Below, in pieces: positions 23,727-37,227 of a stretch of 64,000 nucleotides of DNA (position 1 is the first letter of the stretch; the number at the start of each line of letters is the position of its first letter). A program made the translations under genes and the position numbers. The notes below the pieces were generated by a model. It saw nothing but the letters and a program-made list of their open reading frames with translations, was not told where the DNA came from and did not search any database. The DNA is from Stylophora pistillata. Lineage: Eukaryota. Location of the stretch: NCBI RefSeq assembly GCF_002571385.2, contig NW_019218190.1:226093-290092 (forward strand), written 5' to 3'.

Positions 23727-25394
23727 CAGTCAAACAAAGTGAAGCGTACCCCTCAAGATTACTTTAATGAATTGATCATTTGGATATTGAACCCGCCAGT
23801 CGTTTCAAGAATGCAATAATGAATTGATCATTTGATTATTATATCCGCTAGCCGTTTCATGAATGCAATAATGGATTGATTATTTGAATATTGAACCCGA
23901 TAGCCGTATCCGTTTTGAAAAGGCGCGGATCATTGTTGAAATTAGAAGTCCATTTCTGAAGTTCAATAAGATTGTTCAATTAGACGAGGAATCCTGAAAA
24001 TGAACAAAATGCACTGTAAATAGCCGATCGCAAATATCAACGAAATAAAAAAATTCTTGCGATGGCTTCGCCCGTAAACTATTTATATCGACCATGAATA
24101 CACACAAGGAATTCTACAAGTTAGTCAAGACGTAAATAGGCGAAAAAAGCTATCGATAAAATTCCCTTACAACATTTACAAGAAGTTCCACACCACACTC
24201 GAACTCACTTTTCCCGCCATGTCTGACGCCATGTTAAAATACATTTGGACCCCGATCATTCGAAGTCTCAAGGGAAAAGCAAAATAGTTCGAATTATCGG
24301 GGGTTCGAATTATAGGGGTCAAAAATAAATACGCAATTTTTACCCCTGCATAACTTTATTTACCCTATTTTAATAGTGAACAGTTTGTAATCCCTGAACG
24401 TATTTCAAATGTTTTCATCAACAAAACAGTTTTTTTTAAATTTCATAAGAACAAACAAAAAGCAGAACAGTGACCAATATAAAAGGTGCCTAGCCTAAAA
24501 AGCTGTCAATTGCGAGCATCCTCTGAGATTTGCGAATGTTTTTCTCGATGATGTATGCGATCTGATTCATGTTTCAACGAATCTCGTCAGTTCCATCTGC
24601 AGCAAACAGACTATAGGACAAAAGCGTGTTGATAGCCTCGGTTATTTGTGCTCTTGTTGGCTTCTGTGGTCTCTCCTCGGAGTCATCATCGTCACTATCA
24701 TCGTCTACTTCCATCACTGTGCTCTCACGTTCACTATTCTTCTAATATTTCTTCATCACTTAACAGCGCACTTTCCGATGTCATAACGCCGTCATCTGCC
24801 TCAGTGACATCTTCAGCTCTTACTTCTGTCGGTGCCAGTTCCGCGTCTTTCTGTTTCAGTGCATCGAAATATTCTTCTAGAATTTTAACTGGGTCATCTT
24901 CGTCAGCGATTGCGCTTTGTTGCTCTTTGCCCCCGATGCTTCCCGCCCTAAAAACAGTTGCGAATAGTATCCCTTGAAACCGTGCTCCAGGCCTGTGTCA
25001 GAAGGACCACTGCATCAAGAACGACTTCGAATTATCGGGGTAAAATCCGAGCTAAGGGAACAGAAATTACTTCGAATTAGCGGGGACTTCGAATTATCCG
25101 AGTTCGAATTATCGGGGTCCAACTGTAGTTCCGATCCATCATCACGTGTTCGCATAATCCAATCAGAAATAGACTTTTGATTTGAATAGGGACCCGCCTT
25201 TTCAAAACGAATTACGGCTATCGGATTCAATATTCAAATAATCAATCCATTATTGCATTCTTGAAACGGTTAGTGGGTTCCATGTTCAAATATTCAATTC
25301 TTTATTGCGCTCCTGAAAAGATTAGCGGGTTCAATATTCAAATAATCAAATCATTAATGTAATCCTGAGGGGTACGTTTCACTTTGTTTGACTG
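23727..25394. mobile_element. Non-autonomous Tc1/mariner-type element with long TIRs
   Basis: TA|CAGTCAAACAAAGTGAA...TTCACTTTGTTTGACTG|TA. Imperfect TIRs of ~200 bp contain ~55-bp subrepeats. Confidence 0.85.
24242..25125 (-). mobile_element. Nested pogo/Tigger-like deletion derivative
   Basis: TA|CATTTGGACCCCGATCATTCGAA...TTCGAATTATCGGGGTCCAACTG|TA. Minus-strand acidic remnant (FRAGS...DEDDPVKILEE...LSDEEILEE) resembles a pogo transposase C-terminus. Confidence 0.75.
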
Positions 25395-26907
25395 TAACTG
25401 CTTTCCCAACAGTTAAGCTAGAAATTAAACTCAGTTCGCCTTGTAAATAAAGATATGTTCTCAGCAGTAGTAAAGACTTTAATCTGGTTTAAACGAATGT
25501 GCTGTCATGATGAAAAGCTCTGGAAAAGATTGCTGTAGAGTAACTGTACTTCTTTCCGTTACTCTTAAATTCAACCATAGTCACGCCAAAGCAGGGCGTC
25601 TAATTCATGACTTCCGGTAGAATATTGCTTGACTTCATTTGAATAGTAATTATGTACTTTTCCAACTTACGTTGTTCGGCTCTGACTCGTCGCAGCCGTT
25701 AAATGTGATAACTTTGCAGCCTAAATTTCTGGTTTGGATTAATGAGGAGATCGATTGGAGAAATCAAGATAACCTCGCCTAAAGGTACTTTTGTAGATGT
25801 AGTTTTTATTAAAGAGGAAGCCAAATAGCGATAACATAACCGACTGTTCTCAACCTCTTTGTTTTATTCTGTGGCATAGTCAAGTTTAACTCACGATTTC
25901 CACACTCACTTGTAATCTGAAAATCAGCCAAACGTACCGACTTCTACCATTTCACGATTTTAAGAGTTCACCGGAAGTCTTGGCGAATGTTATCACCAAG
26001 ACATGGAAAGCTGGCTTCATCATGGACATTCTTTAACTTGATAAAATAAGAGTGTGCAGGCAAGCGTAGTGGGTCACTCTGTCGCAAGGGAACCGCTTAA
26101 GGGAATTATATAATCAAGAGTCTTTAATGGGGAAAGTTCATTATTGTGAATAATGTATAGTATAGTTATTACTGTTTTAGGAGTATCTCGATTAAAGATT
26201 AAATATTTAGAGTAAGAATTGCAAGCGAAGCATCAATAAACGTAAAGTAAATTGAAATGAGAGTAAGTACTGCGACCACTTCAGGGACCCCTCCTCGAGA
26301 CCAGAGACAAATAATATGTGGAAGAAACGATGAAGAGCAGACAGTTAAATATAAGCTAAGGTTCTTTACTTCTTGTGATAATCTTTTTGGTCAAACGGCG
26401 ATAGTATCACCGACGATGGCAAACCTGTCTGTTTCCCCACAATTGCAGGTCATACTCTGCATCATCAAGTGTGCTCAAGTTTTATCTAAATAACAATGGT
26501 CATACGTACATGAAATCTGAATGTCAGCGAGGCACCAAATATTGTCATTAGAGGTCTCTGTAATGATATTCGTGTATATGTAAATGAAGAGATTGGCATG
26601 TTCGAGGGATCTCAGATTAAAAGGACAGAGACAGTTTGAGTGTTACTGAACAGTTATCTTCCTCACTTCCTTTCGATTATTTCTCAATTCTCCATCTAGA
26701 AAACGATACAAAATGAATAGAATTATTCAGATGTAGCAAATTACGAATTAGTCTGTAAGAATCAAACGTCTTGGGAAATGAAAGTTTTCAACCCCCATTA
26801 AACTTTTGCATGTAGTTGGACCTCAGGAGTGATGCACAAAAAAAAAGCCGTAACCTTAACCCAAGGTTACAGCATTATTTTTGCCATGGTAACAATGGCT
26901 GCTTGTT

Positions 26908-27213
26908 CGCGGCCTAACGCGTCATTTTCGTACATGTTGGGCTTGATTAAAAGAACATTTGGTTATTCAAACAAGACTGGCATCAAGACAGCTTTCAAGG
27001 CGGTAGTGTTACCTATCCTCGAGTACGCTTTCCCAGTCTGGAATCCTTATCTGGTGAAGCACAACGAGGCAATCAAAGCAATTTAGAAAAGAGCGTCCCG
27101 ACTAATATGTGGCCCTGACAAAGAATATCCCGAAAGACTTCTAGAGTTAAAATGGGTCTCTTTAGAACTGAAAAGGAAATATCTTGGCCTAGTTCAAATG
27201 TATAAGATTATAT
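26908..27213 (+). mobile_element. LINE (CR1/L2-group) ORF2 C-terminal fragment
   Basis: MLGLIKRTF...VLPILEYAFPVWNPY...RASRLI...YPERL, typical of the region downstream of RT; contains a stop. Confidence 0.8.
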
Positions 27214-27660
27214 TTGTGAGATCGTAGATCAGTCTAAGCTGGCAAAGTTTCCGATACGAGCACTGCAGAACATCTGTGCAGCCTAAGAACTAGATGTAGC
27301 ATCTGACTAGCAAGCGCAAGCAGCCTTATATGGAATTATTGAAGGCGCTGTAGCTAGGTGTGGCAGTAAAACCAGTACAAAGTAGTAGTAAAGCTGACCA
27401 GAATATGTAGAGATTAGCCTACGAAACAGTCAGTGATGTCAAGAATATCTTTCTTGCGGTATAATGAAATTGATGGCTCTGTTTGGTGTTATGTGTGTCG
27501 CATAAAGAATTTTCAGTAGACACTCTTTTAAGAGTGACGACTGACGGGGGTTGTAAAGTATATTGTCAAAATCATCCTGCTGGTAGCTTTTTAGGATCAA
27601 CGTCAGGTAAAAGCCGACGAACAAAGGTGTAATACGAAATGTAATAATTCGTCATACATC

Positions 27661-27663
27661 AGT

Positions 27664-27702
<39 letters not shown>

Positions 27703-28548
27703 TTTATTGATAACCGATTTGCAACCAATAGTTGAATTGTACGATTATTTACAAATTTTAAATATTGATAATTACGTTAGATAGGCTAATTGTATTACAA
27801 CAGCAATAACGACACTAAATATATGTTCTAATAAAACGGTTATTTAAAACCGTTTAAGCCTTAAGGGCATTGAAGGTAATAAAACTATTACGAAACCTGT
27901 TCGTCTTAAAAACTGGCTTGATCCTCCGCATATTTCTTAGGTTAAAGGTACAAGTGTTGCGAGCCGGAAGAAGTTCATGGAGCCTGTTCTGTTCATTCTG
28001 TAAAACATTCTTAAATAGTTTATCAATTAGTTTCTGGCGGCGATCTGAAAGTTTATAAGGCCTGATTCGACCAAGGCCTCATTATATGAGTAAAGAGGAA
28101 AAATAATGCGCATAGCCCGCTTTTGTACCCCTTCAAGTTCGTTGCAGGGGTACACGGGGAGGCCGTCGTGAAAGACAGGACGAGCGTACTCTGTAATCGG
28201 ACGAATACAAGTACAGAAAAACTGGACTAACTCACAGGTACCAAGACCAGAGCGTTTAAGCTGAGATAAGCTATACAAGCGCTTTTTAGCCCTCTTAACA
28301 ATGGAGTTAATGTGACAATTCCATTTCAAATCATTAGAGATGTTAAGGCCTAGTGTTTTGGCACTAGTAGTTAGGTCAATGGGCTCGCTAGTAACAACAA
28401 CTGGATCGAAAAAAGTAGGGTTGTTAGTATTAAAGTTTATAAGCAGTTCTTTGCATTTCGTCTCGTTTAGTTGAAACTTATCCTCGGTCGCACGGCTTGC
28501 TAGGGTGTCAACAGCAGCTTAAATGTGACTGTCTTGGTTCTTGCTTAG
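27661..28548 (-). mobile_element. 5'-truncated LINE (L2/CR1-group) with (CTAT)n tail
   Basis: Minus-strand WNCHINSIVKRAKKRLYSLSQLKR...IRPITEYA...LEGVQKRAMRII. A (GATA)n tract at 27665-27702 marks the 3' end. Confidence 0.85.
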
Positions 28549-28964
28549 TTAAGTCTGTGGAGAGAAAAGGAATCATAGCCACGCCCACAAGGGGAGAATC
28601 TTGTCCATCCTCAAGTTGATTTAAAGATTTCTCAGAAATTTTAAAGAAAGGTGGTCTATTGAAAAATATTTTCAAGCTATCCCATGAATTACAATTTAAG
28701 GCGAATCATAAGAAATCTTCCAATTTCATTCTCAAAATTATTTTTAACTAGTTCACGTTATCAACCACACTCTATTTTATCGAGAAATCCTTGGAATCGA
28801 AACGCCCACTGGACAGAGAACAAACCGTTCTCCTTTTGTAGGTCCAAACAGTGGTAATTACTACTCTTCATGTGAAAACAGTCAGAATAAAAAGAGGTCA
28901 TAAGCGTCTGGTCCTGACGAAAACGTAAGTTAGAGGAGGACTGGCACTAGTCAATGAACACCAG

Positions 28965-29109
28965 GCCCCGGTTGTTCAAAGGATGGATAACGCTATACAC
29001 TGGATAAATCTCTATCCGGTGGATAGCGCAGTACGTTTTGGTAACACTTATCCGCTGGATAGCGATTTATCCGTCGGATAGCGTTATCCGCTCTTTGAAC
29101 AACCGGAGC
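28965..29109. mobile_element. PIF/Harbinger-type MITE
   Basis: cag|GCCCCGGTTGTTCAAA...TTTGAACAACCGGAGC|cag, 3-bp TSD, internal GGATA repeats. Confidence 0.8.
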
Positions 29110-29993
29110 CAGATGTATTACACTTTATAAGTCAATGCTTTGATACAGAAAAACCGGACCTGTACGTTTATAGCTAGTGGTGGGAATCGTTTGTTACAGT
29201 TTATCGAGGAATTCCTTATCTGTGACCAGTCGTGTCCAGGTGATCCCGTTTAACCCACTGAGGCAATAATGTTCTTACCCTTTTCATAGCCGTTGACCAT
29301 AAACGGGCTGAATCATTTGAAAAAAAAGCTAGATGATGACAGTTTTGAGATTGATTCAGAGGCTAAACCTTGTTTTCCGAGTGGTTCATTGACTTTAAAA
29401 AGAAAGATAGTTCATGTAAATTATCACCGAAGAATATAGCTGAGGGTATGAAATATAAAAATTGATATTGAAACTCGCAGCATTACCGTAAATAAATTTT
29501 CGGCGAATCCAACTTGCTGAGAAAGCCCAACTCCGTCCGCAAGAAAAATGTAGGTTGTTATTATACTCTGAAAATGTGAAAGTCTTAATACGCTGGTAAA
29601 AAAAGTCAAATGAGCCTTTAATTTCATGATCAAAAGATTTGATCCTTTCCCGAAATTGTCACGGATTTAAGACATGTTTCCAATGTGTCAGTTTTCAATA
29701 GACGACTCGTTCAATTGTTTGCCTTTGGTTTGTTTATTGGTTCGAAACTGATTTCGGAGGATAGACAAACGAGAATCACTTTTAATTTAAATCTGATCGC
29801 TGATCTTAAATTTAGAGATATGGGCGGGAAATCTTCACACCAAATCTCCCGTCCGGTCTTCATGCTGGCGTGTGAACAAACATGACAGCTGCGTAATCTT
29901 TAAAAATTATCTTGTAGTTTGATTGAGATTTGTATCAAACGAAGTGACAGCAGAAATAAAGTCTATGTCTTTCATTTAGAACATGTTGCCTAA

Positions 29994-30374
29994 GGCGCTG
30001 TTTACAAGCAAGGAGGGTAACCCTTGTGCTAGGGTTACCCTGGCAGGCGGGTCAAAGATAGCCCGGGTTTACAAACAAAATTTCACAGATAGGGTTACCC
30101 TACCACCCGGGACAACTTACCTATGCTTGGAGACCGCACGTATTGTTACCAATGTTCAAAGGGTCTGGAAACAAGTAAAAAGTTGTCCCGGGTAGGCGAG
30201 TTATCCCCAGCAGAGCGTTTACAAGGCAGCTAGGGTTACCCTAGTGCTAGAGTAACCCTAGCTGCCTTGTAAACACGTCGATGAAAAAAAGAAGAAATGT
30301 GGGAGCGTTAGGGTAACCCTCCTGCCAGGGTAACCCTAGCACTAGGGTTACCCTACCTGCTTGTAAACAGGGCC
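29994..30374. mobile_element. PIF/Harbinger-type MITE
   Basis: taa|GGCGCTGTTTACAAGCA...TGCTTGTAAACAGGGCC|taa, with many internal GGGTTACCC/GGGTAACCC motifs. Confidence 0.85.
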
Positions 30375-31632
30375 TAAGTTTTTACGTCAATCCCGCTTTT
30401 GATTGGAAGCTATCTTTGAAACAGTTGTATTTCTGTGTTTCATAAATAGGAAGGTTGGTTAAAAACAGGGCATTTTATCAAACTTTAAAATTCAATTTCT
30501 TCGCGTTGAATCATTTCCCCAAAAATCCTTTGGACATGTGAAAGAACGATTACTCGGCTATCGAAATCAGGACTTTTTCGACGTATTTCATTTAGTACCA
30601 CATACTTAGATTAAAGGTTATTTTGTAGTAAGTTTTCATCTTAATAAAAGAGGGTTCGTGGAAGGTAATTATATTTTCAAAGTAAATGGAAGAGAATTGC
30701 TCAAATTCCTTTTCACACATATTTTGGTATCATTCTACAAGATTCAGTAGATTTCATTTCTTTAGAGTGTGTTCTTTCGTTAAGCCAAGCCTTCTTTTTT
30801 GCCCTAAACTGAAAGCTCAAATTGTGGCAAATTCTCAGGATTCGGATATTAGCGATTTTCTCGAAAACTGATCGATACTTAGCCAAACAAATGATGCAAC
30901 GTTTTCTTTTACATTAAGCCTAACCTGAGAATATGAGGCAAATTGAGTTTTGAGCTGTTTCCACGAAATGTTTGACCGATGGTAACATTTGCTCTTAAAT
31001 CCTCTCACGATACACTGGCATAATTGTTCGTCATTTCCAACATGTTGAAGTCGGATGATTTACACAGAATTATCCTAACACCAATCATTTGTCGATAAAA
31101 CATGTACATTGTCACGATGGCGTGACGCTGTGTTTCGCCATGAAGTTTCCATCGGTCGCTCCAATTAGACGAGAAACGGACATTTTTCGATATTTCAGCA
31201 GATTTCTGCGCATTCTGAAGTGAAAAAGGACAAACGAAAAAAAAATCAGGAAAACTCGTTAACACTGAAGCTAGCCAAAAGGGATTTGCTTAAAACCCGA
31301 TTCTAATAAGCATATCTCACGTAGTTTCTTAAGACAAAGAGGATAACATGCACAAGCTACAGAACTCAAATAATCTTCGAATCAAATAGCCCAAATATGC
31401 TAAATTGCACTGAGTTCTGGGGGTGTTTTTGTTCACGTTGTTGTTGTTTGCAGTTCTGAGACGATGTTATCGGCTAAGAAGGGTCACGGTTCCACACATT
31501 TGTTTCAATTGAATGTAACTTCCCCCCTGAAATTACTGCTGTAGATATTAGTACCTGAATCAAAAATTCAGCCACAGATGTATTCTATTCACTGACCAAA
31601 CCATTTTTTATCTCCTTTCAAGATATCCAAGG

Positions 31633-33708
31633 ATGTCTCTTCTGGTGTTTAGAATTGTGGTAGTTCCTATAATCCTAATGGTTCTAATCTTTGGTGAACA
31701 CAGTGTTACAGCAGATTTCAGCGACAGCTGTGTCAATTCCAGTAATACATCTTCCTGCATCTATACCTATGAGCAGCTCTATAACAGCTTAGCAAAGCCA
31801 GAAAACAGCTTTAATATTGATTCGGCTCTATATCCAGCCAAAAGACCTTCTTCTGTTCGTGTCTATGTTGATGTATATGGTCCCAACAAAACAGAAAACC
31901 TCGTGGCAAAGTACACGTGGAGCTTATCCTGTCTGTACGTTGCTCTTCCGACTTCCTTCCTGGAAATTGCTTCTCTCGGATCTATCCTTGTAACACCAAG
32001 GACTCAAGCCTTGGAGATAAATGTTCCACATTTCTGTTGCAATGTGTCAGCGAAGGAGGATCAAAGAAGGAAGACGGTAGAAAAAATGATTGAGAGAGGT
32101 CTCGCATCAGTAAGTGAAAATTTTTCTTTCCCTCTGAAAACCAATTATTTCTTCACGACAGAAGAAATAATCCGTTTGAGTAAATTCTCGTCGATGAGAC
32201 TTCAGCAGCAGTAGTGCTCTGAATTGTTTCCGACAATGACCTGCAGTAAAAATTTATCGCGAGGGATCTGAGTTTTTTCATCGTTTTCCAAAGAAGGTAG
32301 TGATAGCCACTTCGAATTTCCTAGGGCCGCCATCATAAATAGTGCGCGATGCACTCAGGGCTGATGACGTGTTATGGTTGCTCGTTGCGCTCGCGGTGTA
32401 GTTTTTTACTTTTGTTGATGGTATATTGGAAAGCGATGAAAAAGCAGATCGCTTGGTAAGGCAATTTTTTTTTTATCTCAGATCTATTGAGAAGTACATT
32501 TGGAACATTTTGAGCTACATTTGTGAAAAAAGTGAAGGTTCCCTTTATAGAGAAAATCCTGAGTTGGCCTCTAGCATACATAACACTTTTTTTTTTTGTT
32601 AAAACATTTTATTATTTACACTAAAACTGCTGTTAACCTGCGAAAAAATATTCATTTATTTGTACATCATTTTACACTCATATAATTTTGACGGAGTCCT
32701 TTTGGTACATTTCAGCTACAGGATCTGGCCACATCACCAGGGATACGGGATTCAAGGCTAAACACAGCAGAATGTGTTTTCAGTGGCCACGGGTTAAGCA
32801 CGAAAGCCATCGGACGCAATTTGTACATTATCAGAACACTTTTTTTGGTTCCCGTATTTAGTACTCTACTCGTTAGTCAACTGTTAAGTCTCTCACTTGA
32901 GCATTTTCGAAAAGAGAGTCGGTCTGACAGTGCAAAGAATCGACATTTGAATGCGGGCAGTGAAAAAAGGCGATTGAACACTGCTAAGGCTATTGTTTTC
33001 CTCAACAATGTGTTAGCTTGTATCAGTATACCTTTCTTGACATCCCTCGCTGTATTTATGTTCGGTGAAATATCTAAACAAGGGAGCCAAGCTTATTATT
33101 TTCCTGATATATTGATCTTTTGTCTATTCGAAATTGTTCCCCTTCTGCCATATATTAACGTCTTATTTTCCATAATCTGGATTTGTCGTGAAAAGCCCTC
33201 TCTGGCCCCGGGGAAGATTTTAATCCGCTTGGTCCACAACTTCGGTTCCTGTGCTACCTCCGTCGTTATAATTTTCTGTTCATGTTGGATGCTAATCGGC
33301 ACGATGCTTAACCCGACTTGGGGCTTGACTGTTGTACTTATAATATTCTTCAGTTTTGCCGCCTTAACTTATGCAGCCTACGTATACTACTCTTTAAAAG
33401 GCAGGCGTGAAAAGGGAAAATTTAGGAATCTTAGCGTCCTGATTACGTGTGCGAGTTGTTTTATGGGTTTGATTGGTGTAATAATTCTAGCAGTTTTGGC
33501 CGGACAATCTTTTAATGGAAGGGAAACCTCAGATGAAATCCTTAAGACCGTGTTTTTGACCATTATTGGTTCCTTTATTTCGTGGTTTTCATGGAAGAGG
33601 CTTATGAGTATTAACCAAAAGTTAGAAAACGCGCAAATCCAGTCCCCTCGTCCAGTGACACATCATTCCTCCCCCCAAGTCACTCCTCTCCCACAGGTAG
33701 CTCTATGA
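31633..33708 (+). CDS. Orphan 7TM receptor-like protein, copy 7 (clade A); exons 31633-32109 and 32716-33708; 489 aa
   Basis: Donor TCA|gtaagt at 32109, acceptor tttcag|CTACAGGAT at 32715/32716. Ends QVAL*, with an out-of-frame SSV* remnant at 33753-33764. Confidence 0.88.
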
Positions 33709-34254
33709 TGAAATTGTTAGGATGATGAAAGGTAAACTGCGAAGTGAGATCGAGCTCAGTGTGAGTTTATTAGAATTCTAGTGTTAGATCAAGACTCATG
33801 GTCATTAACTAAGGGGAAGGAATATAAGCTCTCTCGTGGGACCTTGTTTGTTCCTTTTGTTTGTTTGTTTGTTTAAGCAACTTTTTCGGTCAAGTAGGTT
33901 AAATATATTTAGGTTCTTCAGACTCTCTTATTAAATTCTCGTCTAAGGTGATAAAGAAGTTTTAACAGTCTGATTAGCATAAATAACGTGTGAAAAGAGT
34001 TCAAATATTATGCGATATCATTATCAAACCTGTTTGATATACGTTAAGATCATGTCCAGTTGGCCATTGTCGTTTCGAAAACGAACTGCCGTGACTGATT
34101 CACTACTGTTACGTGCTGCCTCGTTAACTTACGCTAAAATCTCAATTTCAATCCTAAAGTATACTGATTAGGTCATTTTGGGTGAGGTTTAAGAAGCCAA
34201 TAGTTTCGACATCATTGCATCGATTGTATACGTGCGGAACCGAGGACAAGGCAT

Positions 34255-34980
34255 TAATGATATTTTTTAGTATCTACTCCGTATGATGCACGATCCTTGC
34301 AGTAGATAGCGCTATTTAAGCAATAGCGAAAATCAGACCTGAAAAAAATCAGGCCTGTACGGGACTCGAACCACTGTTCTGCGATACTAGTGCAGCGTTC
34401 TACCAATTGAGCTAACAAGCCAACTGGGAGCAGGCCGTTAAGTTGATTCGTAATAAACCCGTGATGATAAATCAGATACAATGAATATATGAAGTTCATA
34501 TATTTTGAACTGCGGTANCTCAATTGGTAGAGCGCTGCACTAGTATCGCAGAGGTCAGTGGTTCGAATCCCGTACAGGCCTGATTTTTTTCAGGTCTGAT
34601 TTTCGCTATTGCATAAATAGCGCTATCTACTGCGAAGGATCGTGCATCATACGTATTTAATACCGCAGTTCAAAATATATGAACTTCATATATTCATTGT
34701 ATCTGATTTATCATCACGGGTTTATTACGAATCAACTTAACGGCCTGCTCCCAGTTGGCTTGTTAGCTCAATTGGTAGAGCGCTGCACTAGTATCGCAGA
34801 GGTCAGTGGTTCGAATCCCGTACAGGCCTGATTTTTCCAGGTCTGATTTTCGCTATTGCATAAATAGCGCTCTCTACTGCGAGGATCGTGCATCATACGT
34901 ATCTAATACCGCAGTTCAAATATATGAACTTCATATACTCATTGTATCTGATTTATCATCACGAGTTTATTACGAATCAA
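34255..34980. repeat. tRNA-derived repeat, 248-bp unit; one inverted and two tandem copies around an N at 34518
   Basis: A-box-like TAGCTCAATTGG and B-box-like GGTTCGAATCC. Units start at 34519 and 34767, and the reverse copy spans ~34270-34517. Confidence 0.8.
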
Positions 34981-37106
34981 ATAGCACTCTCTACTGAGTG
35001 CATCATACTTATATTTCTCTCTGTTACTTTTAACTCTAATTATGTTCTGTTCATAAGCGCCAAAGTAGGGCGGCGTCTGGTCTAACTTCCGTTTTCTTTC
35101 TAAGAAATCTGCCATGACTGATTATTCAAATATACTTCATCTGTTAAAACCTGATGGCCGCAGCCTTCAAGGTGGAAATATTGTATCCTGAATTCCTTTT
35201 TAGTGTCATGGTGCACATTGCTGCGTCAGAAATCAAATCTACTTCGTAATTCACACAGAGGTATTTTCTTTTCTTTATATCATGATTTTTCTTAAGAGAG
35301 CAAGCTTGCCTTGGAGCTAAAATAGCAATAACATCATCATCATGAACGATTGGCAACCTCTTTGTTTCCCCAACGTCATGAGATATTTAATCTCGTTATG
35401 TATAAGTAAGTTTAATTCACAATTAACAGCTACCATGGATATAAGAAATCTGGGGAGCGTGGAGAGATACCAATTTCTTCCCTTTCTTGTTGTTAAAAGT
35501 TTCTTAGGAACGGAACTAATCAGGGGCAGCAAACTTCGTTATAGCGAGTGTCTGTTATCGTTAAGACATGTGAAAATCAGGCTTCACCTTAAACAAGTTG
35601 TAGCTTTTTAGGTAGAGGTGGGCTCAGGCAGGTGTAATTATGTCTCCCGCTGTTGAAACCTGTTGGTAGAGAATATACCATAAAGGGACAGTTAATTTGC
35701 TATTTTGGATATTTCATTGAGCAAGAATAGCTAACGCAAACATATTTTAAGACCCAAAATATCTGAGTGAAATCAAGCACCGTGAACAATTCACGGGGTA
35801 GTCCTTGGGTAGTCTTTAGTCCGCAGGAATGCAATCGAAAGCGAAAAGGAAAGAAATGAAACGAATGATGAGTTGCGGTAATACTCTTGAAAGAAACGAC
35901 GAAATGCAATTGCAATCCAAGTGCTTTAAATGTCTGAGTAAAAATTTTAAAGAGAAGATCAGAACTCATAAATTCTTTCAATTTTTTTGTTCGTCAGTAT
36001 GGAAAAAGACGAGTTCTTTGCGCGCATTTTTCTTATCAATTTTACTGTATTTTTTGCATAATTAATTAGGTAAAAACCCGAATTTTCATTTTTCCCCATT
36101 TCCTCGGACACATTTGATTTTTCAAACTTTGAAATATTTTTTTTGATTACATCTCCCTAAAGGGGTTTTCCAGGCAAATTATCAGAATTTTCGATTTTTT
36201 TAGCCTGGCCAGCAATTCTCGATATTTACAGTCACGGCCTCTTAAGGACACGTTTTTTAACGATGTCATTCAACTCCACTATTTCAAGAATACGATAAGA
36301 ATTTTTAGGTCTAAGAAACGCTAAACAACGTTTAAAAACAGAACAGAAAAAGAATTTGATTTTATCAACCAAGCCGACAATGCAGTAATGTGAATTTGCC
36401 AGCGCATGCGCAGCGTGTTTCTAAAGCTAACGTTTGGAGCATTGGCCCCTCCACTCCCGTGAGAGATAGAAAACATAGCAAGTCAAATTTGATGTAGTTT
36501 TATTTTGGGTTGCACTATTTGCATCATTGATAACTGTCAGTGAACTACGAGTCGGTATACCATCGAAATTTCTTCTAGGTCACTGAAGTTTTCTTCGTTG
36601 AAAAAGAGAGAAATAAAAAACAAATTATCAAAAATACAAAAATACAACAACAGAAAAACACGTCATATCGAACGATGCTGATAATTTTTTCGCGAAAAAT
36701 GTCTTAACTGGCGCGATTTATTCAATAATAGAATGCATATATAGTGATGCTTGCTACATAAATTAATTATTTTATTCTATTCATTCAAATAATGTCATAT
36801 GCTTTCAGAAACTGATCATACAGAAAAAGGAAATCATTAAGATATCTAAGCGTGGCCCCTCAATGGTTCAGGGTTGTTGTAGTTAGCCTTATTCAACTGG
36901 TATTGGTTTTTGATCAACACAGTGTTGAAGCAGATTTCAGTGCTAACTGTGACGACTCGACAAATTCCCTCTCATGCATCCATACGTATGACGAGCTTTA
37001 TAACAGCTTAGCAAATTCAGACAACAGTTTTAACATCGAGGCAGCTTTATATCCAGCCAGGAGACCTTCTTCTGTTCGTATGTTTATGAATTTACATGGT
37101 CCCAAC

Positions 37107-37227
37107 TGTTATGACGTATGCTAAGCACGTGATTCACCTCGTGCGTTATTGTTGTTAGTACATCCGCCATTAAACTAGTTGAGTTAATATTGCAATTGAC
37201 TCTATTCTCGTCTCTTCGAACACTACA
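37107..37227. mobile_element. 121-bp TG...CA insertion (solo-LTR/TRIM-like) in exon A of copy 8
   Basis: TGT...ACA ends, 5-bp TSD CCAAC (37102-37106, 37228-37232), absent in copy 2. Confidence 0.8.

Noticed and set aside
27215-27650. Possible LTR fragment between the two LINE pieces
   Set aside because: Begins with TG, but no matching end, TSD or second copy was found.
34519-34830. Functional tRNA genes
   Set aside because: A/B boxes are present, but I could not form a convincing acceptor stem and the motif is embedded in a 248-bp repeated unit; treated as a tRNA-derived repeat.
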